A stretch of DNA of 64,000 nucleotides from Candidatus Falkowbacteria bacterium (GTDB taxonomy: Bacteria; Patescibacteriota; Patescibacteriia; UBA11705), in NCBI GenBank assembly GCA_003518055.1, contig DOZJ01000002.1:170137-234136 (forward strand). Direction: 5' to 3'. The stretch's first letter is position 1, and the number at the start of each line of letters is the position of its first letter. Positions 55,723 to 64,000 of this stretch are shown here, in pieces. The notes below the pieces were generated by a model, which was given only the letters and a program-made list of their open reading frames with translations, had not been told where the DNA came from and made no database searches. The position numbers and the translations under genes are program-made.

Positions 55723-57783
55723 ATGAAACTAACCGACAAAATTGAATTATTGCCTCGGCTCGGCCAAACCACGGCCAAGCGCCTTCATTATCTCGGGCTT
55801 GAAACCGTGGAGGATTTGATTTGGTATTTCCCGTTTCGCTATGAAGATTTTAGCCAAATCCGACTTATCAGCGATGTTCATGACGGCGATATGGTGACGA
55901 TTCATGGTCAAGTCGAGATTATTGCCAGCCGGCGCAGCCGCCGCCAGCGTCGAGTTTTGGTTGAAGCGATTATCAATGATCATTCCGGTCAGTTGAAAGT
56001 TGTCTGGTTCAATCAGCCGTATATTGCCAAGACCTTGAAGGCTGGCGAGTATGTTTATTTTTCCGGCAAGGTTGAAGTCAATAACTATGGCACGCAATTG
56101 CTTAACCCAGATTATGAAAAGGAAAATCAATATCGGGAAAATGTGCACACCGCTAGAATTGTCCCCGTGTATTCCTTAACTGCCGGTTTGACTGAGAAAC
56201 AATTGCGTTATTTTATTTCCCAAACCATACCGCTGATCAAAACCATTCAAGAGAATTTGCCGCTGGAAATAATTTCAGGCGCCAAATTGATGTCTTTGGC
56301 CGATGCCTTACTCAACATTCACTTTCCTCGGGATTTCGCCGCCTTGAAACAAGCCAAGAATCGGTTGAGTTTCCAAGAGATTTTTGTGGTCCAATATTTA
56401 ATCAAAAAAGCCAAAGCGGAATTAGCCGGTAACACTTCAATCGCGATGAAATTTCTCGAAAAACCGACAAAAGAATTTGTTGAGCGGCTGCCATTTAAAT
56501 TAACCAATGATCAAAAAAAAGCGGCTTGGGAAATTATTCAGGGTGTTGGTCAATCAAAGCCCATGAATCGTCTGCTCGAAGGTGATGTCGGCTCCGGCAA
56601 AACCATTGTGGTCGCCTTATCAATGTTGAACGTGGCTCGCAACGGCTATCTTTCGGTCATGATGGCTCCGACGGAAATTTTAGCCCGACAGCATTATCAA
56701 AATTTTGTTAAATTGTATGCCAAAGAAAGGCTAACTGTTGCCTTGCTGACGCGCGGCGGCAAAGAGATCAATGGCGAAAAGGTCACGGCGAAAAAATTGC
56801 AGACCGCTATTGATCATCAAGACATTCAGATTATTGTCGGCACTCAGGCCTTGATTCAGGATAAAATTAAATTCAAGGATTTGGGTTTAGTAGTTATCGA
56901 TGAGCAGCATCGTTTCGGCGTCAAACAAAGAAAAACCTTGATTGATAAAGAGCAAAATTTGATGCCTCATTTCCTCTCAATGACCGCCACTCCGATCCCT
57001 CGCAGTTTAGCACTAGCTCTGTATGGTGATTTGGAATTGAGCCTAATCAAAGAACTGCCCAAAAACCGCCGGCCAATAATTAGCCGACTGGTCGAAGAAA
57101 TCAATCGCGACAAAGCCTATCAATTTACCCGCGAACAAATTAACTCCGGCCGGCAGGCGTTTGTTATCTGTCCTTTAATCGACGCTTCGGATAATTTGGG
57201 CGTTAAATCAGTTTCAGAAGTCTTTGACCGTCTGTCAAAACACGTTTTTCCAGACTTGAAAGTTCAAATGCTGCACGGAAAAATGAAAGCCGATGATAAA
57301 AACCAGATTATGCAGGATTTTTATGCCAAAAATTTCGATATTTTAGTTTCGACTTCCGTCATTGAGGTTGGTATTGACGTGCCGAACGCCACGATCATGA
57401 TGATCGAAGGCGCAGACCGGTTTGGCCTTGCCCAGCTACATCAATTCCGTGGCCGCGTCGGCCGGGGAGAGCACCAGTCATATTGTTTAGTCTTTACTGA
57501 CAATACCGGCGTCAAAACCGTGCAGCGTCTCAATTTCTTTGTTGCCACCAAGGACGGTTTTGCCCTCGCGGAAAAAGATTTGCAGCTTCGGGGCAGCGGC
57601 GATTTGTATGGCACCAAACAGTCAGGTTTACCTGATTTGAAGCTGGCGGATTTGACTGATATTAATTTGATCAAAAAAGCCCAAGACGCGGCTGAGCTTT
57701 TCCTTTCCAAGTATGTCATAGACGATTTCCCGTCACTGAAAACCGTTGTTGACCGCCAAGAAATCACCCTGCATTTTGAATAG
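55723..57783 (+). CDS. recG: ATP-dependent DNA helicase RecG
   Basis: N-terminal wedge/OB region; helicase motifs GDVGSGKT, VVIDEQHRFGV, MTATPIPRSLAL, QLHQFRGRVGRG. Confidence 0.85.
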   Translation: MKLTDKIELLPRLGQTTAKRLHYLGLETVEDLIWYFPFRYEDFSQIRLISDVHDGDMVTIHGQVEIIASRRSRRQRRVLVEAIINDHSGQLKVVWFNQPYIAKTLKAGEYVYFSGKVEVNNYGTQLLNPDYEKENQYRENVHTARIVPVYSLTAGLTEKQLRYFISQTIPLIKTIQENLPLEIISGAKLMSLADALLNIHFPRDFAALKQAKNRLSFQEIFVVQYLIKKAKAELAGNTSIAMKFLEKPTKEFVERLPFKLTNDQKKAAWEIIQGVGQSKPMNRLLEGDVGSGKTIVVALSMLNVARNGYLSVMMAPTEILARQHYQNFVKLYAKERLTVALLTRGGKEINGEKVTAKKLQTAIDHQDIQIIVGTQALIQDKIKFKDLGLVVIDEQHRFGVKQRKTLIDKEQNLMPHFLSMTATPIPRSLALALYGDLELSLIKELPKNRRPIISRLVEEINRDKAYQFTREQINSGRQAFVICPLIDASDNLGVKSVSEVFDRLSKHVFPDLKVQMLHGKMKADDKNQIMQDFYAKNFDILVSTSVIEVGIDVPNATIMMIEGADRFGLAQLHQFRGRVGRGEHQSYCLVFTDNTGVKTVQRLNFFVATKDGFALAEKDLQLRGSGDLYGTKQSGLPDLKLADLTDINLIKKAQDAAELFLSKYVIDDFPSLKTVVDRQEITLHFE

Positions 57784-57790
57784 TTCTCCG

Positions 57791-57832
57791 AAAGCGACAT
57801 TTTGAAACGTCGCTTTCGGGGAGGTGTTTGTT
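57791..57832 (+). terminator. terminator hairpin after recG
   Basis: perfect 10-bp stem cgaaagcgac/gtcgctttcg followed by a T-rich tract. Confidence 0.5.
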
Positions 57833-57946
57833 TGCTGTCAAAACTAATGTCATGAATGAATAGGGTTGTGCATTTTTTATAAGAACCAAGATTGTTTCAT
57901 CGACTGAAAATATCAATCAAAAAAGCGGCTTTGTTAAAACCGTTTT

Positions 57947-58588
57947 TTATAGCATTTTGCTTAATGCCCCCTTGGTAAAATCAGTCGCAGATAGCAGGAG
58001 TTGAGCTGTCTGTTCTCGCGTCAACCTTGGCCGGTAAGTAACGAGTGTGCTAACAGCCTTGTCAAGAAATTCCAGTCCCACCGTGCCATCGGTTATAGAT
58101 TCTTTGTAAAAACTGATCAGCTTGGCAGTGTGTTCATGTGGTTCAAGGTAGATAATGAAGAAGGTGTAATTTTCAGACGAGATTTCTACTAACACGCTAA
58201 TACACAACCGGTTTTCAGCAATTGCGTATTGAGCTTCATAGACAATCCTGCCATCAGATGGCAGTGGATATTCAGCTGATTTTCTATTTTGCAGCGCTGG
58301 CAGTTTGCGTCGCTGTTCATTGGTCAGTTCAATCTTTGGTTGATATAGGCTGTCCGTGCTCATCTCGGTGTCATATGAGAATTCTTGTTTCCAAATCTGA
58401 AGTCTATTGGCGCTGTTAATGGTGGAATTCCTATAAATTGTGTCAATGTCTTCCATTTTCGATTCTTGGTCAGCACCGTCCGAGCTAACACCTAAAACAA
58501 CCGCCAAGACAATCATCAGAAGAGCGATAAATGTCAGCCCCCCGGTCATGACTCCCGAACGCGTTTCATAGATTTCGTGGTGCCCCAT
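57947..58588 (-). CDS. membrane-anchored hypothetical protein
   Basis: AGGAGAAAG RBS before the ATG at 58588; N-terminal TM helix. Confidence 0.4.
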   Translation of the reverse strand: MGHHEIYETRSGVMTGGLTFIALLMIVLAVVLGVSSDGADQESKMEDIDTIYRNSTINSANRLQIWKQEFSYDTEMSTDSLYQPKIELTNEQRRKLPALQNRKSAEYPLPSDGRIVYEAQYAIAENRLCISVLVEISSENYTFFIIYLEPHEHTAKLISFYKESITDGTVGLEFLDKAVSTLVTYRPRLTREQTAQLLLSATDFTKGALSKML

Positions 58589-58793
58589 GCTCTTTCTCCT
58601 CTTGGGTGGGTAGTTTAATACCAAAGTTTATCAAGAATATTGTATTTGTCAATGGTATCAGGATCTATATTTTTCCCCTTATTCTATGATTTTTCTAGAT
58701 TGGTGTTGACGTAATCTGATGATTTTAATATAATTAATTTTGTGGGCTAGTATCTAGGACGGCCCATACATGACCGCCAAAAGGAGGAAGCTG

Positions 58794-59177
58794 ATGACGG
58801 TCGGTCTGATGATAGAGGGGTTTGAGCAGCGGGAGCTCCTTGGCCGCGCCATTCGCGGGAAGAAAGCTGTCTGCTGCCTCTTAACCCACATGCCGGTCTG
58901 CGACGCCGAACTGGTGCTCCCGGTCGAAGGAGGACACATCCGGGTGGCCAAGTTCATCGAACGCGAGAAGCTCTGGCTGGCCGATCACGGCCTGCGCGAG
59001 CTGCCGAACGGCTTCAAGTTGACCAAGCTGAGTCTCTCGGATCTGCGTCAGGTGTATGTGATCATTCTCATGACCTACAATCTGAGTCCGGATCAGCGTA
59101 AGCATGTACGCGAATGTGTCTCAATCATGGGCGGAGATCAGATTCTCGCCTCTATCGCTGACGACCACGACAATTGA
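58794..59177 (+). CDS. hypothetical protein in a GC-rich islet
   Basis: AAAGGAGGA RBS 5 nt upstream of the ATG at 58794; composition above 50% GC; followed by the terminator hairpin gctagcat-aacc-atgctag plus T7. Confidence 0.45.
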   Translation: MTVGLMIEGFEQRELLGRAIRGKKAVCCLLTHMPVCDAELVLPVEGGHIRVAKFIEREKLWLADHGLRELPNGFKLTKLSLSDLRQVYVIILMTYNLSPDQRKHVRECVSIMGGDQILASIADDHDN

Positions 59178-59246
59178 CCTTTTTTTGCTAGCATAACCAT
59201 GCTAGTTTTTTTCACAATTTAAAAATCTCCAAGTGGAGATTTTTTT
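59178..59246. terminator. pair of convergent rho-independent terminators
   Basis: gctagcataaccatgctagttttttt, and aaaaatctccaagtggagattttttt for the minus-strand HD gene. Confidence 0.6.
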
Positions 59247-59256
59247 GATGAAAGCA

Positions 59257-59850
59257 TTAGTTTTTAAAACTGATAATTCGACCATATCCATTTTGCTCCA
59301 GAATAAATTCGTATCGTTTCTTGAATTCTTTTTTTACTTCCGGCAAAACAATTTTCTCTTTCCACTCCATGTCCGCTTTTTTTCGGTTGCCAGCCATTAT
59401 TTCGCAGATGCTTTTTTGGGGATTTTCATACCAGTAAACAGCGTAAAACGGCCCGATCAGATGAGCGGCGCCGTCGGCCGAGGAGACTATTTTTACTTCG
59501 ATTGGCGCTTGGGCCAAATCTCCCCGGCCATGATTATCTATAATTTTAACATATTCGAGCGCTTGGTCGATCATTGCCGGCTTGAAACCAATTTTAGCCA
59601 GTTTTTCCCGGCCGAAAGTAATGGTGGCTTCATGCTGATGTTCGTAATCCACCATTTTCCCGTAATCATGTAGCCAGACGAGGAGTAAAACCACGCTGCG
59701 GTTGGCAGCCGGATATTTCCGGCAAAGACTTATGGCGATTTTCTCCACGATTTTCAAATGATAATCCACATACCATGAATGGTGTTTGAATCGCGGATTT
59801 CGCGCGGCCTTTGTGACCTCGGCGATAAATTGATTAATGTGTTCTTTCAT
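59257..59850 (-). CDS. HD-domain phosphohydrolase
   Basis: HSWYVDYHLKIV ... LLLVWLHDYGK HD motifs. Confidence 0.6.
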   Translation of the reverse strand: MKEHINQFIAEVTKAARNPRFKHHSWYVDYHLKIVEKIAISLCRKYPAANRSVVLLLVWLHDYGKMVDYEHQHEATITFGREKLAKIGFKPAMIDQALEYVKIIDNHGRGDLAQAPIEVKIVSSADGAAHLIGPFYAVYWYENPQKSICEIMAGNRKKADMEWKEKIVLPEVKKEFKKRYEFILEQNGYGRIISFKN

Positions 59851-59915
59851 ATTTAACTGTATAAATTTAGCGGCAAATGAATGAAAAAAAATTACGATTA
59901 AAATCTGGATGGTTT

Positions 59916-60173
59916 TTATCGATTATGTTTACCCACCCAGCGATTTTTGATATAGGTCAGGGACAAAGTTGACAACACGAATCCGGCAGTCGGGACTAGA
60001 GAATTAACAAACGGTTTGGGCAGTTCGGCAATCAAGAAAAATAATACGATGGTGATATAAGTTAATAAGGCCACGATCAGGCGGCGGCTCCAGCTGGTTT
60101 CCCACGCTTTATCCAGCTCAACCCGACGGTTACGCGCCTCGATCGCCTGAAGCCGTTGTTCAATTTCTAACAT
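59916..60173 (-). CDS. small two-TM membrane protein
   Basis: 85-aa ORF with ATG start. Confidence 0.35.
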   Translation of the reverse strand: MLEIEQRLQAIEARNRRVELDKAWETSWSRRLIVALLTYITIVLFFLIAELPKPFVNSLVPTAGFVLSTLSLTYIKNRWVGKHNR

Positions 60174-60176
60174 AGA

Positions 60177-60704
60177 TTATTCATTTAAATTAATAAAACG
60201 TTCGGACCACAGTTTTAACTCTTCAAATATTTTGTCCGTAAAGTTATCTCTTTTGAATTTAAATATAGCTTTGGCATTTCTCATGCAATATTTTAATTGA
60301 TCTTCGTTATTTTGATTCAAATACCAGCTGAAACTGTCTAGAATATCAGCGGTTTTTATGATCAGAGCATCTTGGCCGGTAGCCGCGCACCGTGAGATTA
60401 ATTCATTGGTTTTTTCTTGTTTATCCGTGATCGCATCGTCTTTGGTATTGGCCAAAACCAATTGCAGCACGTCTGGGCCAAATTCTTTTTCCACTTCGTC
60501 TTTGGTCACGTCTGACCATTCAATAACGTCATGCAACAATCCGGCCAAAACAATGTTTTCGGTATAACCGTTTTGATAGAGATAAACTCCGACTCGGATA
60601 TCGTGAAATAACACCGGTTTGCGGCTGTTTTCAGCTGAGGGCGGGAAGTGGGCGACCATGAATCTGACGGCTTTTTCAAATTTAAGGTTGGCTTCTATCG
60701 TCAT
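60177..60704 (-). CDS. HD-domain phosphohydrolase (YfbR/5-prime-deoxynucleotidase-like)
   Basis: VLFHDIRVGVYL ... AGLLHDVIE ... D motifs. Confidence 0.55.
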   Translation of the reverse strand: MTIEANLKFEKAVRFMVAHFPPSAENSRKPVLFHDIRVGVYLYQNGYTENIVLAGLLHDVIEWSDVTKDEVEKEFGPDVLQLVLANTKDDAITDKQEKTNELISRCAATGQDALIIKTADILDSFSWYLNQNNEDQLKYCMRNAKAIFKFKRDNFTDKIFEELKLWSERFINLNE

Positions 60705-60732
60705 AGATATAGTGAGATTATTTTTTTTTGGA

Positions 60733-62067
60733 TTAGACGTTTTGAGTTTCTTCTGGTAATCTGATGTCTTTCATTTTTTCGTCTAAAATAGATATGAAAG
60801 TTTTACCGTGTGGCAGCTGTAATACTTTTCTTTCTAATTCCTCAACTTCGTTCATAATAGGCGAATCAGAACTATTTTCATCGGGCACAATTCCAGCAAA
60901 ATTTTTACCAAAAGAAGCCATTGTTCTGTCGCTATCCCGAAGAGCAGTTGTAACCCGAAGTTCATTTGTCGGAACTACCTTTTTATCATGTTCCTGTGCG
61001 TATTCGGCCAGATCGTTCATGAACTGGTTATCCTCACCGATATTGGTATCAAGAAAACCGCCGATAGCGGCAGATTCAAGACTTTTGCTCACCATATGCG
61101 CGCCACCAATGGAAAAATCAAACAACGTTTCAGCTTTTGGATCATTTGGATTAAGTAAAAATCTGATCAAATATTTTCGTTTCATTGCAAGAATTAAATT
61201 GTGTAACTGTTCTTCGAGTGAAATTTCTTCTTTGTCGTCCATGGTATCAGGATTAAATTCATAAGTGACCTCACCGATAACCTCAACCATCTCGGGATTG
61301 TCTTTACAAAGTTCTGTTAATTTTGAGAGGTAGTGATCGTCCGATAGGTTGGTATCCGCGTCTATCTGTATTACCACACCATTCTTGCCGTTTTCGTAAA
61401 ATCTGCTGCTGGCTTCAGCTAAACCGCGGTTCCGTGCCCGCCCAACATTGCAATCTTGTATTTCATTTCCTTTTGAACTTTTATCAATCACCAAAACATT
61501 TAAATCAGAAATATTTTTAAGTAATTGAATGATTATCTGATTTTGTTTGCGCACGGTGTCATCGCTCACAACATCGTTATTTACCACATAAATTATTTCA
61601 AACTGTGCCTTTAAAATCCCTTTTTGGTGTCTGAAAGAATCGAGCTGCCTTAATACGCGATCCGATTTCTCATCGTACACTGGAATTACAAACACAAATT
61701 CACACATCGGATCTTGCGGTTTATCTATACGTTTCTCGTTTTTAAGCCGTTCAGCCCAATAATCTTTGGCGCGATCTTCTGCTGTTCGTGTGACTTGATT
61801 TTCTGCTCTTGCCGCAAGAATAGAGTCTGGCGTTCCAGAACCTTCGCCGGTATAAAAGGTATAGGTACCATCTTTTTCCCTTGCTATGTTCCATTCCACT
61901 GAGCGTATTTGCCCATTTATTCTCGCCCCTAGCTGTAAAGTGTCTATTTTTTTCAATTCTAATTTTGTTATTCCTAGTTCTATCAACTCCCGCAATAAAT
62001 CATCAGGGATATTATTATATGCCTTTGTCGGTTCTCGTCGTTCTATAAATAATGCCTCTTTTGACAT
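60733..62067 (-). CDS. GT2-family glycosyltransferase with a ~120-aa N-terminal extension
   Basis: FVFVIPVYDEKSDRVLRQLDSF...EIIYVVNND...IDADTNLSDD (DxD) GT-A motifs. Confidence 0.55.
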   Translation of the reverse strand: MSKEALFIERREPTKAYNNIPDDLLRELIELGITKLELKKIDTLQLGARINGQIRSVEWNIAREKDGTYTFYTGEGSGTPDSILAARAENQVTRTAEDRAKDYWAERLKNEKRIDKPQDPMCEFVFVIPVYDEKSDRVLRQLDSFRHQKGILKAQFEIIYVVNNDVVSDDTVRKQNQIIIQLLKNISDLNVLVIDKSSKGNEIQDCNVGRARNRGLAEASSRFYENGKNGVVIQIDADTNLSDDHYLSKLTELCKDNPEMVEVIGEVTYEFNPDTMDDKEEISLEEQLHNLILAMKRKYLIRFLLNPNDPKAETLFDFSIGGAHMVSKSLESAAIGGFLDTNIGEDNQFMNDLAEYAQEHDKKVVPTNELRVTTALRDSDRTMASFGKNFAGIVPDENSSDSPIMNEVEELERKVLQLPHGKTFISILDEKMKDIRLPEETQNV

Positions 62068-62109
62068 ATTACAGGTGAATTTAAAAAATAATTATTATTA
62101 TATAACTTT

Positions 62110-62475
62110 TTAATTTAATATTTCTGTCAGATCCGCCGGTTGAAAATCCGAGCCTTTAACGATTTTGTATTCATGAAAAGTCTTGGTCATGTTTGATCTA
62201 TGAACCTCGTCGAATACAGCCGTCATTTTATCTTGCAATCCATGCTCCAAAATCGCTCCGTATACTGTGTAGAGGATGTCGGCAAGTTCTTTGGCAATAT
62301 TCTCAAGATTATTTTCTTTTGCTCCGGCCAAATATTCTTCTACTTCCTCCGCCATTAAGCGGTGCCTTAGGTCATATCTGTCGGGGGCGATAATTGTTGG
62401 CGTTGATGCCACCGGCACTCGGAATTTCTGATGAAATTGCTTGACCATTTCAAGCTGTGACTTGATGGCCATCAT
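62110..62475 (-). CDS. MazG-like nucleoside triphosphate pyrophosphohydrolase
   Basis: all-alpha NTP-PPase motifs LMAEEVEEYLAG and ELADILYTVYGAILEHG; overlaps the upstream gene by 4 nt (ATGA). Confidence 0.6.
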   Translation of the reverse strand: MMAIKSQLEMVKQFHQKFRVPVASTPTIIAPDRYDLRHRLMAEEVEEYLAGAKENNLENIAKELADILYTVYGAILEHGLQDKMTAVFDEVHRSNMTKTFHEYKIVKGSDFQPADLTEILN

Positions 62476-63080
62476 ATGTTTGGACCGATTTCTGTTCTTA
62501 GAGATCTATGATCTGATTTTGAGATCAGTCCAGCCGCTTCGGCCTGTTCCAAAAACTCAGCTATGTTTGAATATGTATCTTTTTTATTTGGCATGTCAAT
62601 GAGTATGGCCAATTCGTCCAGCTGGTCGGCAAACCTTTTTCGAATTTGGGCGTGATACTTAATACAATTGCGCCAGTCTTTTTTCAGCTTGATTCGGATT
62701 TCCTTCCCATTTTTTTCAAAGGCCGCGAGGCCTACCAGCGCGCCATCAGAAAAACGGCCGTCAGATTTTTTTTTGAACTCATCTAGGAGTAATAATCGTT
62801 CTAGTGGATCATTTGGCAGGCTGCGTCTCACAGCAAGCGCCATCTTTTCTTCTTGGCTGACTAAAATTTCCTCTGGCGGAGGGTCAGGTTCGTCATACAT
62901 TGACCGGTTATAATCCGGATCGTCATTTTCTGTTGGTTGAGCTTCTCGTTGCTCCGGCGACCGCTCAAATAATTTTTCCATTTCTTGAGCCAAATTCGAA
63001 TTGAATCTATAAATAATGAGGTCGACCTCCCTTTTTTCTGTTTGAGCCTCTGGGATTTCATTAACCATAGGTTTTACCAT
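62472..63080 (-). CDS. hypothetical acidic protein, translationally coupled to the mazG-like gene
   Basis: 202-aa ORF with ATG start. Confidence 0.4.
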   Translation of the reverse strand: MVKPMVNEIPEAQTEKREVDLIIYRFNSNLAQEMEKLFERSPEQREAQPTENDDPDYNRSMYDEPDPPPEEILVSQEEKMALAVRRSLPNDPLERLLLLDEFKKKSDGRFSDGALVGLAAFEKNGKEIRIKLKKDWRNCIKYHAQIRKRFADQLDELAILIDMPNKKDTYSNIAEFLEQAEAAGLISKSDHRSLRTEIGPNI

Positions 63081-63170
63081 AGGATTAATTGTTATTATGT
63101 AACCAAGTTTAGTGAGAAGTATCTTGATCTATAAAATTTTATTTCAGGCTAAGTTTTTCTTGGGGCTTGT

Positions 63171-63488
63171 TTATTCAGCCGGCAAATATATTTTTGCATT
63201 GGCATGAATTTGCGCCAAAAGTTCCTCGACGACATTCTGAGTAACGGTATTTTTAAATTCCCATGCATGATAACCGGGATCATTGGATCCGGAAGGATTT
63301 ACCCCGACTTGGTGGAAAACAATGAGGTCAGCGCTTTTGGCCACGATTTGAACAGCAATGTTGTATGCCATCACTTTGTCCCGATCGTTGCATTCAAATG
63401 CGATCATGAAATTTTTATCTCCTCGAGGCTCCACGATTCGTAATTCTACGGCCGGAGTTTCCTGCTTTGGCGTAAATTGTTCCGTCAT
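63171..63488 (-). CDS. hypothetical protein
   Basis: 105-aa ORF with ATG start. Confidence 0.35.
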   Translation of the reverse strand: MTEQFTPKQETPAVELRIVEPRGDKNFMIAFECNDRDKVMAYNIAVQIVAKSADLIVFHQVGVNPSGSNDPGYHAWEFKNTVTQNVVEELLAQIHANAKIYLPAE

Positions 63489-63553
63489 ATTTCGAGATTA
63501 TTTTTTTAGCCGCTTTTTTCATCAATAAATAATTAACTGAAATCAGAAATCCG

Positions 63554-64000
63554 TTATAATGTTATCACCGAGTCACACCCCGACAAGATTTCTTCTCGAT
63601 TTTCGGCGATCAAAATGGTATTGTTTTTGCCGATAATTTTTCTGAATATGTTGAGGAGCATCTCCGAATCCTTCAAGTGCAGCCCTCTAGACGGAGTGTC
63701 GAAAATATAAACCGATCGATCTCCCAGTTTTTTCGATAAAATATTGGCGATTCTGACTCTTTGCGCTTCGCCGCCGCTGAGCGTTCCTGATCTTTGCCCG
63801 AGGACCAAATAACCGAGACCAGCTTCCTGCAAAAACTGCAATTTGCGCCGGATTAGTGTGTTACCGCCGAATATTTCAATTGCCTCGTCAATGGTTAAAC
63901 CTAAAACTTCTTTGATGTTTTTTCCGTGAAACCGAACTTTTAATATTTCGGGATTAAATGTTTTTGTTCCATCCAAAATATCCTTGGTTATGACAAAAGC
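63554..64000 (-). CDS. uvrA: UvrA-like ABC ATPase, C-terminal fragment (the gene continues beyond the window end)
   Basis: ABC signature LSGGEAQRVRIANIL, Walker B-like YIFDTPSRGLH and D-loop region as in the UvrA C-terminal ATPase domain; reading frame stays open to position 64000. Confidence 0.5.
   Translation of the reverse strand, partial: AFVITKDILDGTKTFNPEILKVRFHGKNIKEVLGLTIDEAIEIFGGNTLIRRKLQFLQEAGLGYLVLGQRSGTLSGGEAQRVRIANILSKKLGDRSVYIFDTPSRGLHLKDSEMLLNIFRKIIGKNNTILIAENREEILSGCDSVITL

Overview
The window is a 64-kb, mostly AT-rich (roughly 40-45% GC) bacterial chromosomal segment with short intergenic regions. Several ~50-55% GC islets stand out against this background. Gene content suggests a small-genome Patescibacteria/CPR-like bacterium: lamin-tail-domain protein, VirB4/VirB6/PrgI-like T4SS remnant next to ComF, an ECF sigma factor with a membrane anti-sigma-like partner, very large Thr/Ser-rich surface proteins, and almost no biosynthetic genes. 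This taxonomic call is inference only.

Main blocks in order:
(i) 205-2181: a GC-richer three-gene minus-strand module of unknown function.
(ii) 2497-9883: a copper homeostasis island. It contains a BlaI/CopY-type repressor and a BlaR1-like M56 sensor peptidase, two TACTACA-n3-TGTAGTA operators, an HMA-domain permease with two Cys/Met cupredoxin-like domains, a CopZ-like protein, a degenerate HMA protein, the CopA P1B-ATPase and a secreted cupredoxin-like protein.
(iii) 9886-21350: accessory and regulatory genes. These include TrmH, HD-domain, cNMP-binding, Fur-family and CaCA antiporter genes, a GT4 glycosyltransferase, an excisionase-like HTH protein with a perfect 22-bp palindrome, and a TPR-like gene interrupted by one in-frame TGA.
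(iv) 21569-30602: an ECF sigma/anti-sigma pair, two giant secreted proteins that share a ~100-aa domain, and a RAYT/IS200-like Y1 transposase-family gene with a degenerate HuH motif.
(v) 30664-43171: the lamin-tail protein and the T4SS-like/competence block.
(vi) 43178-57783: core genes: murG, a P-type IIA ATPase, ftsB, a parvulin PPIase, an RlpA-like protein, ftsEX and recG. Five tRNAs (Lys-UUU, Thr-CGU, Ser-GCU, Ser-UGA, Arg-GCG) lie here, with unusual tRNA-derived pseudo-elements and a REPIN-like inverted-repeat family around them.
(vii) 57947-64000: HD-domain hydrolases, GT2, MazG-like and a partial UvrA-like gene.

No rRNA or CRISPR array was seen.
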